NCBI GenBank assembly: GCA_963749075.1
Contig: CAVVLJ010000021.1
Location: 128,001-192,000, forward strand
Source: an uncultured Pseudomonadota bacterium
GTDB lineage: Bacteria > Pseudomonadota > Alphaproteobacteria > JACZXZ01
Length of the DNA: 64,000 bases
Direction: 5' to 3'
Below are positions 10,509 to 19,382 of this stretch, one piece after another. The notes under the pieces are model-generated. The model worked only from the letters and a program-made list of their open reading frames with translations. It was not told the origin of the DNA and searched no databases. Position numbers and translations under genes: made by a program. How positions within the stretch are numbered: position 1 is the first letter of the stretch; every line of letters begins with the position of its first letter.

Positions 10509-10611
10509 GGATCCGATTCTGGACCCCGGCTAGGTGCAAGACACCCACTCCGATGCCAAGGCCGGTCCCAATGAGAAACAGAATAATGGTGAGGTCGTCG
10601 CCTTGTGGCAT
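10477..10611 (-). CDS. 44-aa single-TM small protein or truncated membrane protein
   Basis: MPQGDDLTIILFLIGTGLGIGVGVLHLAGVQNRILSARQYRIPS; AGGGGG RBS-like run upstream; below the ORF-track cutoff. Confidence 0.4.
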   Translation of the reverse strand: MPQGDDLTIILFLIGTGLGIGVGVLHLAGVQNRILSARQYRIPS

Positions 10612-10716
10612 AGCGCTACCCCCTGAGCACGCCCCTTTTGTATAGCAGGAAATGATACCGAGAATGGTGAGTCAGCTACATAAGGCCGGAAATTTCCTGA
10701 GCGCTCCCGCGTCCGC

Positions 10717-11088
10717 TCATCGCCGCTTTTTCCCTCCCGCCGGCTTCAAGTGCCTGACGAGCTCCGCGACCGTCGCCTCGGGGAGCGCGCGGATGCGCTC
10801 GGCGAGGAGATTGGCGAGCTCGGTCTTGGCGGGCGAGAGCCCGGCGGTATCGACCGTGACGCGCGGATGGGAGAGGCGGGCGAGGCCCCTCAGCTCCTCG
10901 GCATCGTCCCAATAGAGGCCGAAATAGTCGCAGATCTGGTGCACCAGGCCGTTGGCCGGCCGCCCGCGCCGGCCGTGCTCGAGGGCGGAGAGGTAGGCGG
11001 CGGAGAGCTCGAGGGAGGCCGCCATGTCGCGGAGCGTGACACCGCGCGCGAGGCGCAGCGCCCGCACCCGCTCGCCGAAGGGCGTCAT
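10717..11088 (-). CDS. XRE-family helix-turn-helix protein
   Basis: LSAAYLSALEHGRRG; typical neighbour of smr in Alphaproteobacteria. Confidence 0.88.
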   Translation of the reverse strand: MTPFGERVRALRLARGVTLRDMAASLELSAAYLSALEHGRRGRPANGLVHQICDYFGLYWDDAEELRGLARLSHPRVTVDTAGLSPAKTELANLLAERIRALPEATVAELVRHLKPAGGKKRR

Positions 11089-11103
11089 GGCTCGCCCACT
11101 ACC

Positions 11104-11670
11104 TCAGCGCTGGCGGCGCAGCAGGAGATAGAGCGCGCCCGACCCGCCGTCCCTGGGCCTGGCGGCGGCAAAGGCGAGGAGGCGGGAGCGCAAGGGGGCA
11201 CCGTTGAGCCAGCGCGGCACCGCCGCGCGCAAGATGCCCTCGCCTTCTCCGCTCCGCCCCTTGCCGGTGATCACGAGAAGGGCGCGGCAGCGCCGCCGCC
11301 AGGCCTCTTCGACGAAGGCGATGAGTGCCCGGTGCGCCTCCTCCTGGGTATGGCCGTGGAGGTCGAGCCGCGCCTCGATGGCGAGCTCGCCCTGCCGCAG
11401 CCGCTCGGCCGTGCGCTTGTCGAGGCCCGGGGCGGCATCGCGGGAGAGCTCGGGCAGCGGCTGGGGCGCCGGCAGCGTGGCCGAGCGCGGTGCCGGCGGC
11501 GCTTGGGCCGGCGCCAGCACCGCCTGGCGCTCGCGGCCGGCCGCGGGCGGGGGCGGCGGCCGCTCCCCGCGCCGGGAGAGCGGCTTGGCGTCGCGCGTGA
11601 CATGGGCCCAGAGGGCGTCGTCGTCGCCCTCGCGGCCGGGCGCGTGCGGCTCAGGCTTCGCCTTGGCCAT
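11104..11670 (-). CDS. Smr/MutS2 domain protein
   Basis: LDLHG, LVITGKG, DGGSGALY. Confidence 0.92.
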   Translation of the reverse strand: MAKAKPEPHAPGREGDDDALWAHVTRDAKPLSRRGERPPPPPAAGRERQAVLAPAQAPPAPRSATLPAPQPLPELSRDAAPGLDKRTAERLRQGELAIEARLDLHGHTQEEAHRALIAFVEEAWRRRCRALLVITGKGRSGEGEGILRAAVPRWLNGAPLRSRLLAFAAARPRDGGSGALYLLLRRQR

Positions 11671-12364
11671 CGCCACCCTCCGCCACCAGGATGATGTGGA
11701 GGCGGCGCGGCCCGTGGGCGCCCATTTGGAGCTGCTGCTCGATGTCGGCGGAGCGCGAGGGCCCGGTGATGAGATTGACGGTGCGCGGCCAGGTGCCGGG
11801 TGCCAGCACCCCGCGCAAGCGGTCCCAGGCGTCCTCGTAAGGGCCGACGATCTGCGCCTCGCGCAAGACGACGAGATGGTTGTCGGGGAGGAAATTGAGC
11901 GTGGTCGGGCTGCCGGCTCCCGAGACGAGCATGAGCGTGCCGGTTTCGGCGATGCCGGCGAAGGCCGGCGTCAGGCTCGCGCTGTCGCTCGCCCGCGCCG
12001 GGCCCGTCTCGCGCTTGAGGAGCGGCCGGCTGGACCAGGGCAGTGCCGCAATTTCCGCGTCCGAAGCCACGCGGAGCGTGGCCGGCAGGTTCTGCGCGGC
12101 GAGGAAATCGGCGACGGCAGCCGGCACGTCCGCAAGCTCACGCACGCGTGCCACCGTGGCGGCGGCCTTCTCGGCCATCTCGACGAAGAGATGCACCTGC
12201 CCGGGGTGGTCGAGCTGTGCGCGCTTGGGCACGAGGTTGCGCGCGTGCCTGCTAAGACGCGCCTCGAGGGCCGCCTTCAGCACCTTATCGCCAGCGTCAT
12301 TGCCGGCGCCCTTGCCGAGGGCGCGGCGCACGCTCGCCAGGATCTGCTCGCGCGCCTCGCTCAC
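11651..12364 (-). CDS. lutC: Lactate utilization protein C (LUD domain)
   Basis: GIAETGTL, ITGPSRSADIEQ...GAHGP; GTG start overlaps the lutB stop. Confidence 0.9.
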   Translation of the reverse strand: MSEAREQILASVRRALGKGAGNDAGDKVLKAALEARLSRHARNLVPKRAQLDHPGQVHLFVEMAEKAAATVARVRELADVPAAVADFLAAQNLPATLRVASDAEIAALPWSSRPLLKRETGPARASDSASLTPAFAGIAETGTLMLVSGAGSPTTLNFLPDNHLVVLREAQIVGPYEDAWDRLRGVLAPGTWPRTVNLITGPSRSADIEQQLQMGAHGPRRLHIILVAEGGDGQGEA

Positions 12365-13782
12365 GCTCCCTCCCCATCGTGATCGGCCGCCCACAAGGCG
12401 TGGAAGGTCGGCCCCTCGGGGCTCGGCATGTCGCGACCGGCGGTCCAGCCGCCCGCGAGCGGCAGGCGCCGGAAGCGCCCCTTGCCGCGGCCCAAGAGGC
12501 CGAGCGCCGCCATGGCCAGGCGGGCGCCCGTGTGGTAGAGGCCGGGGCGGCGGACGAACCAGGACCACAGCCTGAGGCCGAGGCGGAAGCGCTTCGGCAT
12601 GAGCCCCTTCTCGAACTCCCGCTCGCGCCAATGGCGCAGCATCTTGGGCAGCGGGATCTTCATCGGGCAGACGCTCTCGCAGCGCCCGCAGAAGGTGGAG
12701 GCGCCGGGCAGGAGGGCGCTGCTCTCGATGCCGATGATCGCCGGCGTCAAAACCGAGCCCATGGGCCCCGGATAGACCCAGCCGTAGGCGTGGCCGCCGA
12801 TCGAGGTATAGACCGGGCAATGGTTGATGCAGGCGCCGCAGCGGATGCAGCGCAGCATGTCCTGGAACTCGCCGCCGAGGAGCGCCGTGCGGCCGCCGTC
12901 GAGGATGACCACGTGATGCTCGCCCGGCCCGTCGGCGTCCTCGGGCCGGCGCGGCCCGGTCGAGAAGGTGGTGTAGACCGACATCTCCTGGCCGGTCGCC
13001 GAGCGGGCGAGGAGGCGGATGATGGTGCTGGCGTCCTCGAGCGTCGGCACCAGCTTCTCGGGCGTCGCCAGCACGATGTGGGCCTTGGGCAGCGTCTGGG
13101 TGAGGTCGCCGTTGCCCTCGTTGGTGACGATCACCGTGCTCCCCGTCTCGGCGATGAGAAAGTTGGCGCCGGTAATGCCCACGTCCGCGGCGACGAACTT
13201 GGCGCGCAGGATCTCGCGCGCCTCGGCCAGCATCTCGGCGGCGTTCCCGAGGCGGCGGTGCTTGCCGTACTGGGCGTGGTTCTCCTCGAAGCTGTCGGCG
13301 ATCTGCTCCTTGGTCAGGTGGATGGCGGGTGCTATGATGTGGCTCGGCGGCTCGTGGCGGAGCTGGATGATGTATTCGCCGAGATCCGTCTCGATCGGCG
13401 CGATGCCGTTCTTCTCGAGATGCTCGTTGATGGCGATCTCCTCGCCGATCATCGACTTGCCCTTGGTCACGGTCCTGGCACCCAGGCGCTTGCAGATGGC
13501 GAGCACGCAATCGCGCGCCTCGCCCGCCGTGCGGCACCAATGGACTTGCGAGCCGCGCTTCGCCGCCTCGGCCTCGTAGCGCTCGAGGTAGAAATCGAGG
13601 TTCTCGAGCACGTGATCCTTGATCGCGCGCGCGGCCTCGCGCAGTTTGTCGAACTCGGGCAGGCGCTCGACCGCGGCCGCGCGCGTGGCGGCGAAGCCGA
13701 GCTTCGAGATGGCGCGCTGCAGCGTGGCGTCGTTGAGGGCGCGGTGCGCGTTCTCCTTGAAGCTGGCGGTGGTCGACTCCAT
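12361..13782 (-). CDS. lutB: Lactate utilization Fe-S protein B
   Basis: ETDLGEYIIQL, NEGNGDL, CIRCGACINHCP, CGRCESVCP. Confidence 0.93.
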   Translation of the reverse strand: MESTTASFKENAHRALNDATLQRAISKLGFAATRAAAVERLPEFDKLREAARAIKDHVLENLDFYLERYEAEAAKRGSQVHWCRTAGEARDCVLAICKRLGARTVTKGKSMIGEEIAINEHLEKNGIAPIETDLGEYIIQLRHEPPSHIIAPAIHLTKEQIADSFEENHAQYGKHRRLGNAAEMLAEAREILRAKFVAADVGITGANFLIAETGSTVIVTNEGNGDLTQTLPKAHIVLATPEKLVPTLEDASTIIRLLARSATGQEMSVYTTFSTGPRRPEDADGPGEHHVVILDGGRTALLGGEFQDMLRCIRCGACINHCPVYTSIGGHAYGWVYPGPMGSVLTPAIIGIESSALLPGASTFCGRCESVCPMKIPLPKMLRHWREREFEKGLMPKRFRLGLRLWSWFVRRPGLYHTGARLAMAALGLLGRGKGRFRRLPLAGGWTAGRDMPSPEGPTFHALWAADHDGEGA

Positions 13783-13789
13783 GGCGCCC

Positions 13790-14542
13790 TCAGCGCCGCG
13801 GCACGCCGATGGCCGGCACCTCGGTCATGCCGGCGAGCACCTCGGCCACGTGGCGCACCTTGACCGCGGCACCCTCGCGCGAGAGCCGCCCTGCCATGTT
13901 GAGGAGGCAGCCGAGGTCGCCCGAGAGCAGCGTGTCGGCGCCCGTAGCCGTCACGTCCTTGGCCTTGTTCGCGGCCATGCGCGTCGAGATCTCGGGATAT
14001 TTGATGCAGAAGGTGCCGCCGAAGCCGCAGCACACTTCGGAGCCGGGCAGCTCGGCGAGGCTCAAGCCGGCGACGCTCGCGAGCAGCTTGCGCGGCTGCG
14101 CCTTGACGCCGAGCTCGCGCAGCCCCGAGCAGGAATCGTGATAGGTGACCGTGCCCTCGTAATGGGCGTCGACGGCATCGACGCCGCACACGTCGACGAG
14201 GAAGGAGACGAGCTCGTAAGTGCGCCGTGCCAGATCATGGGCGCGCTGCGCCCAGCTCGGCTCGTCGGCGAAGAGCTCGGGATAATGCACCTTGATCATG
14301 CCGGCGCAGGAGCCCGAGGGCGCCACCACGAAATCGTAAGCCTCGAAGGCGGCGATGACCTGGCGCGCGATCGCCTTGGCGTCCGCCTTGTCGCCCGAAT
14401 TGTAGGCCGGCTGGCCGCAGCAGGTCTGGGCGCGCGGCACCGCGATCTCGCAGCCCGCCTCCTCCAAGAGCTTGACCGCCGCGAAACCGACCGTGGGGCG
14501 GAAGAGATCGACGAGACAGGTGACGAAAAGCGCGACTTTCAT
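13790..14542 (-). CDS. lutA: Lactate utilization protein A (CCG domains)
   Basis: QTCCGQP, YHDSC, CCGFGGTF, DLGCL. Confidence 0.92.
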   Translation of the reverse strand: MKVALFVTCLVDLFRPTVGFAAVKLLEEAGCEIAVPRAQTCCGQPAYNSGDKADAKAIARQVIAAFEAYDFVVAPSGSCAGMIKVHYPELFADEPSWAQRAHDLARRTYELVSFLVDVCGVDAVDAHYEGTVTYHDSCSGLRELGVKAQPRKLLASVAGLSLAELPGSEVCCGFGGTFCIKYPEISTRMAANKAKDVTATGADTLLSGDLGCLLNMAGRLSREGAAVKVRHVAEVLAGMTEVPAIGVPRR

Positions 14543-14733
14543 GGCGGGCGTCCCCCGCTCGGATGAGGCCGCGGCCAGCATGAAGGCTCGGGCAAGGGAT
14601 GGCAACCCCTGTCGGGATACCCCGCTGCGGCCACGTGCAGAGCGATCGACACGTCCTGCCGAACCTCCCGGGTGCTCGCCATTAGCGAGCGCCTTTCCTT
14701 GACAGGCTGCCCCCCGATAGGGAGCATACGTCG

Positions 14734-14979
14734 GTGGCGCTGGTCATTCCACCTGACGTCGTCAAGCAATTGAAGGCGCTCTCCAAGGCGGACCGCCGGC
14801 GGTTGCTCGATGCTTTGGAAACGGTTGCGGCGGAGCCGGCCAAGCGTTTCCCTTTCGTTGCCCAGATGGCCGGGCATTCCGGCCTGTGGCGGTTGCGGAA
14901 GGGCCATTGGCGCGCGGTGTTCCGCATTCGCCACGGCGACGTCGTCCTCGACCGCGTGGGACACCGCGGAGAGATTTAG
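14734..14979 (+). CDS. RelE/ParE-family toxin
   Basis: WRLRKGHWRAVF and VGHRGEI; upstream of an HTH antitoxin; TTGACA at 14699. Confidence 0.82.
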   Translation: MALVIPPDVVKQLKALSKADRRRLLDALETVAAEPAKRFPFVAQMAGHSGLWRLRKGHWRAVFRIRHGDVVLDRVGHRGEI

Positions 14980-14981
14980 CG

Positions 14982-15734
14982 ATGAGCTCGATCAAGCCGC
15001 TTGCACAGACGAAGGACACCGTCACGCTCAGGCGGGCGGATTTTCTGGCCCTCCTCGAGACCGCCGGGGAGCGCAAGGATCTTGCGGCCGTTGCCGCGCA
15101 TCGCGCCTACGAGAGCCGCGTCGGATGGGAGCTCGCGCGGCGCAATTACCTGACGCGAAGCCAAGCAGAGCGGCTCCTCGATGGCGAGAGCCCGGTCCGC
15201 ATCTGGCGCCAGAAGCGCGGCTTCTCGCAACGCGCGCTCGCCGCGGCGGCAGGAATCGCGGCGAGCTATCTGGCGGAAATCGAGACCCTGAAGAAACCGG
15301 GCAGCAACGCCGCCCTCGTCAAGATCGCGGCCGCTTTGGAAGTTCCCCTCGAGATCGTCGCTCATTTGCCCGGCATGGCCCCGGAAGCCGGGCTGCGCCC
15401 GGTCACCCGATCTGAGGAAGCCGCGAAGCGGCTGTCGGAGCTCGCCGAGCGCGGTGCCGATCGAACGCGGATTGAGGAGGAGGTGCGTACGATCCTCTCG
15501 GAGTGGCGAGATATCGCGGAGAGGGCGGGAGCCCGCCACCAGCTGAAGGCGGCGATTTCCGCGTTGCGGGCGATTTTGACGGAGCGATCGGGCGGCTCGA
15601 CGCGGCGCGCCGAGGACAAGAAATGCGCCACGCTGCAGGTGGCGATCGAGGTCCTTCAGAACGAGCGCCGCAGCTCGCAGGGACAATTTCGCACACGCGA
15701 CGCCGCTCACTCCGTCCGCGGCAGCAGCAGGTAA
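14982..15734 (+). CDS. HTH (XRE/HigA-like) antitoxin with long C-terminal extension
   Basis: GESPVRIWRQKRGFSQRALAAAAGIAASYLAEIE HTH; 250 aa. Confidence 0.8.
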   Translation: MSSIKPLAQTKDTVTLRRADFLALLETAGERKDLAAVAAHRAYESRVGWELARRNYLTRSQAERLLDGESPVRIWRQKRGFSQRALAAAAGIAASYLAEIETLKKPGSNAALVKIAAALEVPLEIVAHLPGMAPEAGLRPVTRSEEAAKRLSELAERGADRTRIEEEVRTILSEWRDIAERAGARHQLKAAISALRAILTERSGGSTRRAEDKKCATLQVAIEVLQNERRSSQGQFRTRDAAHSVRGSSR

Positions 15735-16885
15735 TAGCTTCCCTTTGAGCGCATGCGGCCGGCCATCGCCTCGGCCTCGGCTCCGTGTCCCCAGAAGAGA
15801 TCGCCGCGCAAGGGGCCCTTGATGGCGGCGCCGATGTCCTGGGCCACGACGAGGCGGCGGATGCGCTGTTGTCCCCCTTGCGGGCTCGCGATGTCGAGCC
15901 AGAGCGGCAGACCCAGGAGGACGAACTTGGGATCGACCGCCAGGCTGCGGCCGGGCGTAAGCGCCACGCCCTCGGCGCCGATCGGCCCGTCGCCCGTAAG
16001 CTCGCGGAAGAAGACATAGGAGGCGTCGGCGTCCATGAGCGCCTTGGCGTCCTCCGGGTGCGCCCTGAGCCAGGCCTTGAGCGACTGCAGGCTCACGTCC
16101 TCGAGGCGCATGGCGCCGCGCTCGACGAGAAGCCTGCCGATCGAGACGTAGCGCCGCCCGTTGGCCCCGGCATAGCCGACATGGACGACCGAGCCGTCCT
16201 CGAGCACCACGCGCCCCGAGCCCTGGATCTGCAGGAAGAAGGCGTCGACGGGATCGGCGAGCCAGAGGAGCTCTGGCGCCTTGCCGTCGAGCCTGCCGGC
16301 CTCGATCTCGGCGCGCGTGGGATAGGGCTCGAGCGCGTGGCCCACGACCCGGCCGGTCACGTGCTTGCCCTTGAGGCTGTCGTCGAAGGCGCCGAGGTTG
16401 ACCGTCACGAGATCGCCCGGCTCGCCGTAGAGCGGCACGCTGAAGCCGGCGCTCTTCTTGCGCGCACCGCCGAGCTCGGGCTCGTAATAGCCGGTGAAGA
16501 GCCCCTCCTGGGTGCTGCCGGCACTCGCCCTGTAGGGCCGGAACCAGCTCTCGAGATAGCGCCGCGCCGCCGCCTCGTCGCCGTCCGGCACGGCGCCGAG
16601 CGCTTCGCAGGCGGGGCGCATGCCGGCGAGCCAGGTTGCCGCCTCGGGCGGGGCCACGGCCGGGCTCTTGCTCTCCGCCGCGAGCTTGGCGCAGGAGCGG
16701 CGGAGCGCCGGCAGCGCCGCGGCCGTATCGTCGTCGCGCCAGCCCGGCAGCTCGGCGAACTCGACGCGGGCGAGGACGAGCTTCTCGGGCGGCTTTGCGG
16801 GTGGAGGAGTGGTCTCGCAGGCGGCGAGTGCTGCCGCCGCGAGGACGAGGCAGAGCCGCAAGGCGAGCGTGGCGCTGCGGCGCAC
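15707..16885 (-). CDS. mltA: Membrane-bound lytic murein transglycosylase A
   Basis: Lipobox LAAC, FTGYYEP, FFLQIQGSG, SLAVD, DLFWG. Confidence 0.92.
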   Translation of the reverse strand: MRRSATLALRLCLVLAAAALAACETTPPPAKPPEKLVLARVEFAELPGWRDDDTAAALPALRRSCAKLAAESKSPAVAPPEAATWLAGMRPACEALGAVPDGDEAAARRYLESWFRPYRASAGSTQEGLFTGYYEPELGGARKKSAGFSVPLYGEPGDLVTVNLGAFDDSLKGKHVTGRVVGHALEPYPTRAEIEAGRLDGKAPELLWLADPVDAFFLQIQGSGRVVLEDGSVVHVGYAGANGRRYVSIGRLLVERGAMRLEDVSLQSLKAWLRAHPEDAKALMDADASYVFFRELTGDGPIGAEGVALTPGRSLAVDPKFVLLGLPLWLDIASPQGGQQRIRRLVVAQDIGAAIKGPLRGDLFWGHGAEAEAMAGRMRSKGSYYLLLPRTE

Positions 16886-16890
16886 CGGCC

Positions 16891-17574
16891 TTACTGGGAG
16901 CTGCGGGTCTCGACGAGCGCCCAGTTGGGATCGCGCGCGCGCGTGTTGCGCGCGAAGGTCCAGATGTCGGTGGTCTCGGTCACGTGGCCCGGGTCGCCGT
17001 CGACCGCCTTGCCGTCCGCGTCGCGCGTGACGTTGATCTGATCGGTGACGAACTTGACGGTCACGAAGGCGCTGCGGCCGTCCATCTGCGCCTCGAGGAT
17101 GCTCGCCTGCTTCACGTCGACGAGCGTCGTCTCGCGCGTCTGCTTGGCATCCTCGCGCGCCTTGATGGCGGCCGAGAAATGCTCGAACACGGCGTCGTTG
17201 AGGAGCGGACGCAGCGCCTGGCGGTCGCCCTTGGCGAAGGCCGCGACGACCATCTCGAAGGCGGCCTTGGCACCCTCGGTGAAATGCTCGGCCGTAAAGC
17301 CCGGGTCGGCCACGGCGATCTGGGTCAAGGCCGCCTCGAGCGGCGTGCCCTTGGCCGCAGGCGGCAGCGCCACGGCCGCCTCGCCCGCCGTCCGCTGGCC
17401 GGGGTCCGCCAGCGGAATGACCTTGTCGCCGGCACCCTCGACCGGCTTCGGGTGGAAGGGGTCGGGCCGCTGGCGCTCCTCGCCGGTGCGCCGGCCCAAG
17501 ACGCTCCTCAAGCGCAGGATGAGGAATGCCGCGACCATGGCGAAGAAGATGATGTCGATGAAGTGCACGTCCAT
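16891..17574 (-). CDS. Tim44/TimA family protein
   Basis: LRSVLGRRTG, GAKAAFEM, DIWTFAR...PNW. Confidence 0.92.
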   Translation of the reverse strand: MDVHFIDIIFFAMVAAFLILRLRSVLGRRTGEERQRPDPFHPKPVEGAGDKVIPLADPGQRTAGEAAVALPPAAKGTPLEAALTQIAVADPGFTAEHFTEGAKAAFEMVVAAFAKGDRQALRPLLNDAVFEHFSAAIKAREDAKQTRETTLVDVKQASILEAQMDGRSAFVTVKFVTDQINVTRDADGKAVDGDPGHVTETTDIWTFARNTRARDPNWALVETRSSQ

Positions 17575-17740
17575 CGCTCTCAAGCCGCCGGTGCAAGCTG
17601 GACCGGGCGGGGCCCTTGGTCTAAAGACAGCCTATGACAATACTCGAACGGAGCCGCCGGGTACAGCGCCCCTGCGGCCGCGGCAACGGCACCCGCAGGC
17701 GCCATCCTCTAGATGGGCAGCAGCACCCCGCCCTGCAAGC

Positions 17741-18214
17741 ATGGCGCTCCTGATTCTCCTGGCGCTGGCAGCCCTGCCTTTCCTCGAGATCGCGGTCTTC
17801 ATCAAGGTGGGCGAGCTGATCGGGGTGGCGCCAACGGTGGCGCTCACGCTCCTCGCCAGCGCCGCCGGCGTCGTCCTCATGCGCGCGCAAGGCCTTGCCA
17901 CGCTGGCGCGGGCGCGCGAGGCGACTGAGCGCAACAAGGCGCCGGTCGCGGAGCTCCTCGACGGCCTCGCCATCCTCCTCGCCGGGGCACTTCTCATCGT
18001 CCCCGGCTTCATCACCGACGCGCTCGGCCTTCTCCTCTTCGTGCCGCCGCTCAGGCGCGCCGTGCGGCGGCGCATCTGGACCGCCTTCGCGCGGCGCGCG
18101 CGGCGCGGCGAGGGCGTCGTCATCGAGACCGACTACACCATCGTCGAGCGCGGGCGGCCGCCGGCGGCCGGCGGCCGGGAGCGCCCCCGCCTCGGCAAGG
18201 GAGACGAGCCGTGA
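17741..18214 (+). CDS. fxsA: FxsA family membrane protein
   Basis: PFLEIAVFIKVG, LLIVPGFITD. Confidence 0.9.
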   Translation: MALLILLALAALPFLEIAVFIKVGELIGVAPTVALTLLASAAGVVLMRAQGLATLARAREATERNKAPVAELLDGLAILLAGALLIVPGFITDALGLLLFVPPLRRAVRRRIWTAFARRARRGEGVVIETDYTIVERGRPPAAGGRERPRLGKGDEP

Positions 18215-18753
18215 TCCTGGTGCGCCACGGGCAGTCCTACTTCAACCTCCACTACGGTGCCACCCGCGTCGATCCGGGCATCCCGGACCCGCGGCTCACC
18301 GAGACCGGGCGGCAGCAGGCGCTCGCCGCGGTCGCACCCCTCGGCGCGCGGCGCCTCAAGCGGCTCATCGCGAGCCCATACCGGCGCGCGCTCGAGACCG
18401 CCGAGATCATCGCCACGGCCCTGGCACTGCCCGTCGCCATCGAGCCCCTGGTGCGCGAGCGCGCCGCCTTCACCTGCGACATCGGCACGCCGGCCTCCGA
18501 GCTGGCGCGCCTGTGGCCGGCGCTCTCCTTCGGCCATCTCGCCGAGCGCTGGTGGGGCCACGGCGAGGAGAGCGAGGCGGCACTCGCGGCGCGCGCGCGA
18601 GCCTTCCGCCAGGCCATGGCCGCGGCACCCGACTGGCCCGAGGTCGCGGTGATCACCCACTGGGGCTTCATCCGCGCGCTCACCGGCGAGACCGTCACCA
18701 ATGGCGCGCACCTCCCCTTCGATCCCACGGCACCCGCGTCTCTGCAAGATTGA
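18211..18753 (+). CDS. Histidine phosphatase family protein
   Basis: LVRHGQS, SPYRRALETA, VITHWG. Confidence 0.9.
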   Translation: MILVRHGQSYFNLHYGATRVDPGIPDPRLTETGRQQALAAVAPLGARRLKRLIASPYRRALETAEIIATALALPVAIEPLVRERAAFTCDIGTPASELARLWPALSFGHLAERWWGHGEESEAALAARARAFRQAMAAAPDWPEVAVITHWGFIRALTGETVTNGAHLPFDPTAPASLQD

Positions 18754-18782
18754 GCGCAATTGCCCGCGAGGGGCAAAGCGTG

Positions 18783-18830
18783 TTAGCCACTGGGCCGCTT
18801 AGCCATTGGGCCGCTTAGCCATTGGGCCGC
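18783..18830. repeat. 3 x 16-bp tandem repeat TTAGCCA(C/T)TGGGCCGC upstream of secB
   Basis: Units at 18783, 18799 and 18815. Confidence 0.95.
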
Positions 18831-18865
18831 AGCCCGCGGCGACCGCCTGCCGGAGGAGCGCTCCC

Positions 18866-19363
18866 ATGTCCGACGTGCCGACCCCCTCGAACAGCAACGC
18901 CGACGGCTCCGGGGCAGCGCCGCCGGCGCAGACCCCGCTCCTCGTCAAGGCGCAATACATCAAGGATCTCTCGTTCGAGAACCCGCGCGCGCCAGCGAGC
19001 TTCCAAGCGCTGCAAAGCCCGCCCGCCATCGAGGTCACGGTCCATGTCGGGGCCGAGCATCTCGCCGAGCAGGATTACGAGGTGACGCTCGTCATCACCG
19101 CCTCGGCCAAGAAGGACGACCAGGCGCTCTTCATGGTCGAGCTCACCTATGGCGGGGTGGTGGCGCTCGGTCCGGTGCCGCAGGAGCACATGCGGCCGCT
19201 CCTCCTCATCGAGGCGCCGCGCCTGCTCTTCCCCTTCGCGCGCAACATCATCGCGGACGCCACGCGCGAGGGCGGCTTCCCGCCGCTCCTCCTCCAGCCG
19301 ATCGACTTCGTCGAGCTCTATCGCCGCGAGATCGCCCAGCCGCAACAGCCGCGCCTGGTCTGA
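18866..19363 (+). CDS. secB: Protein-export chaperone
   Basis: QYIKDLSFENP, PRLLFPFAR, GGFPPL. Confidence 0.95.
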   Translation: MSDVPTPSNSNADGSGAAPPAQTPLLVKAQYIKDLSFENPRAPASFQALQSPPAIEVTVHVGAEHLAEQDYEVTLVITASAKKDDQALFMVELTYGGVVALGPVPQEHMRPLLLIEAPRLLFPFARNIIADATREGGFPPLLLQPIDFVELYRREIAQPQQPRLV

Positions 19364-19382
19364 GCACCTCGCCGCCCGCCGC

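Larger units (their letters stand above)
8917..10688. mobile_element. Non-autonomous IS1595-family (ISNha5-group-like) passenger cassette carrying pyrE
   Basis: IRL CGGTCTTATGTAGCTGACGCACC (8917-8939); IRR reverse complement CGGCCTTATGTAGCTGACTCACC (10666-10688), 21/23 identical; flanks GAGATTTC (8909-8916) and GAAATTTC (10689-10696); interior AT-richer; no transposase seen. Confidence 0.85.

Noticed and set aside
8908-10697. A ~32-bp inverted repeat pair as a recombinase-invertible switch
   Set aside because: The outer 8 bp are a near-palindromic target duplication (GAAATTTC); the true 23-bp ends start at CGG, the empty site restores the Rieske stop, and no invertase is nearby
7249-18830. 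Short repeat arrays (7249-7293, 18783-18830) as CRISPR arrays
   Set aside because: The units are directly adjacent with no spacers, only 15-16 bp long, and no cas genes are present
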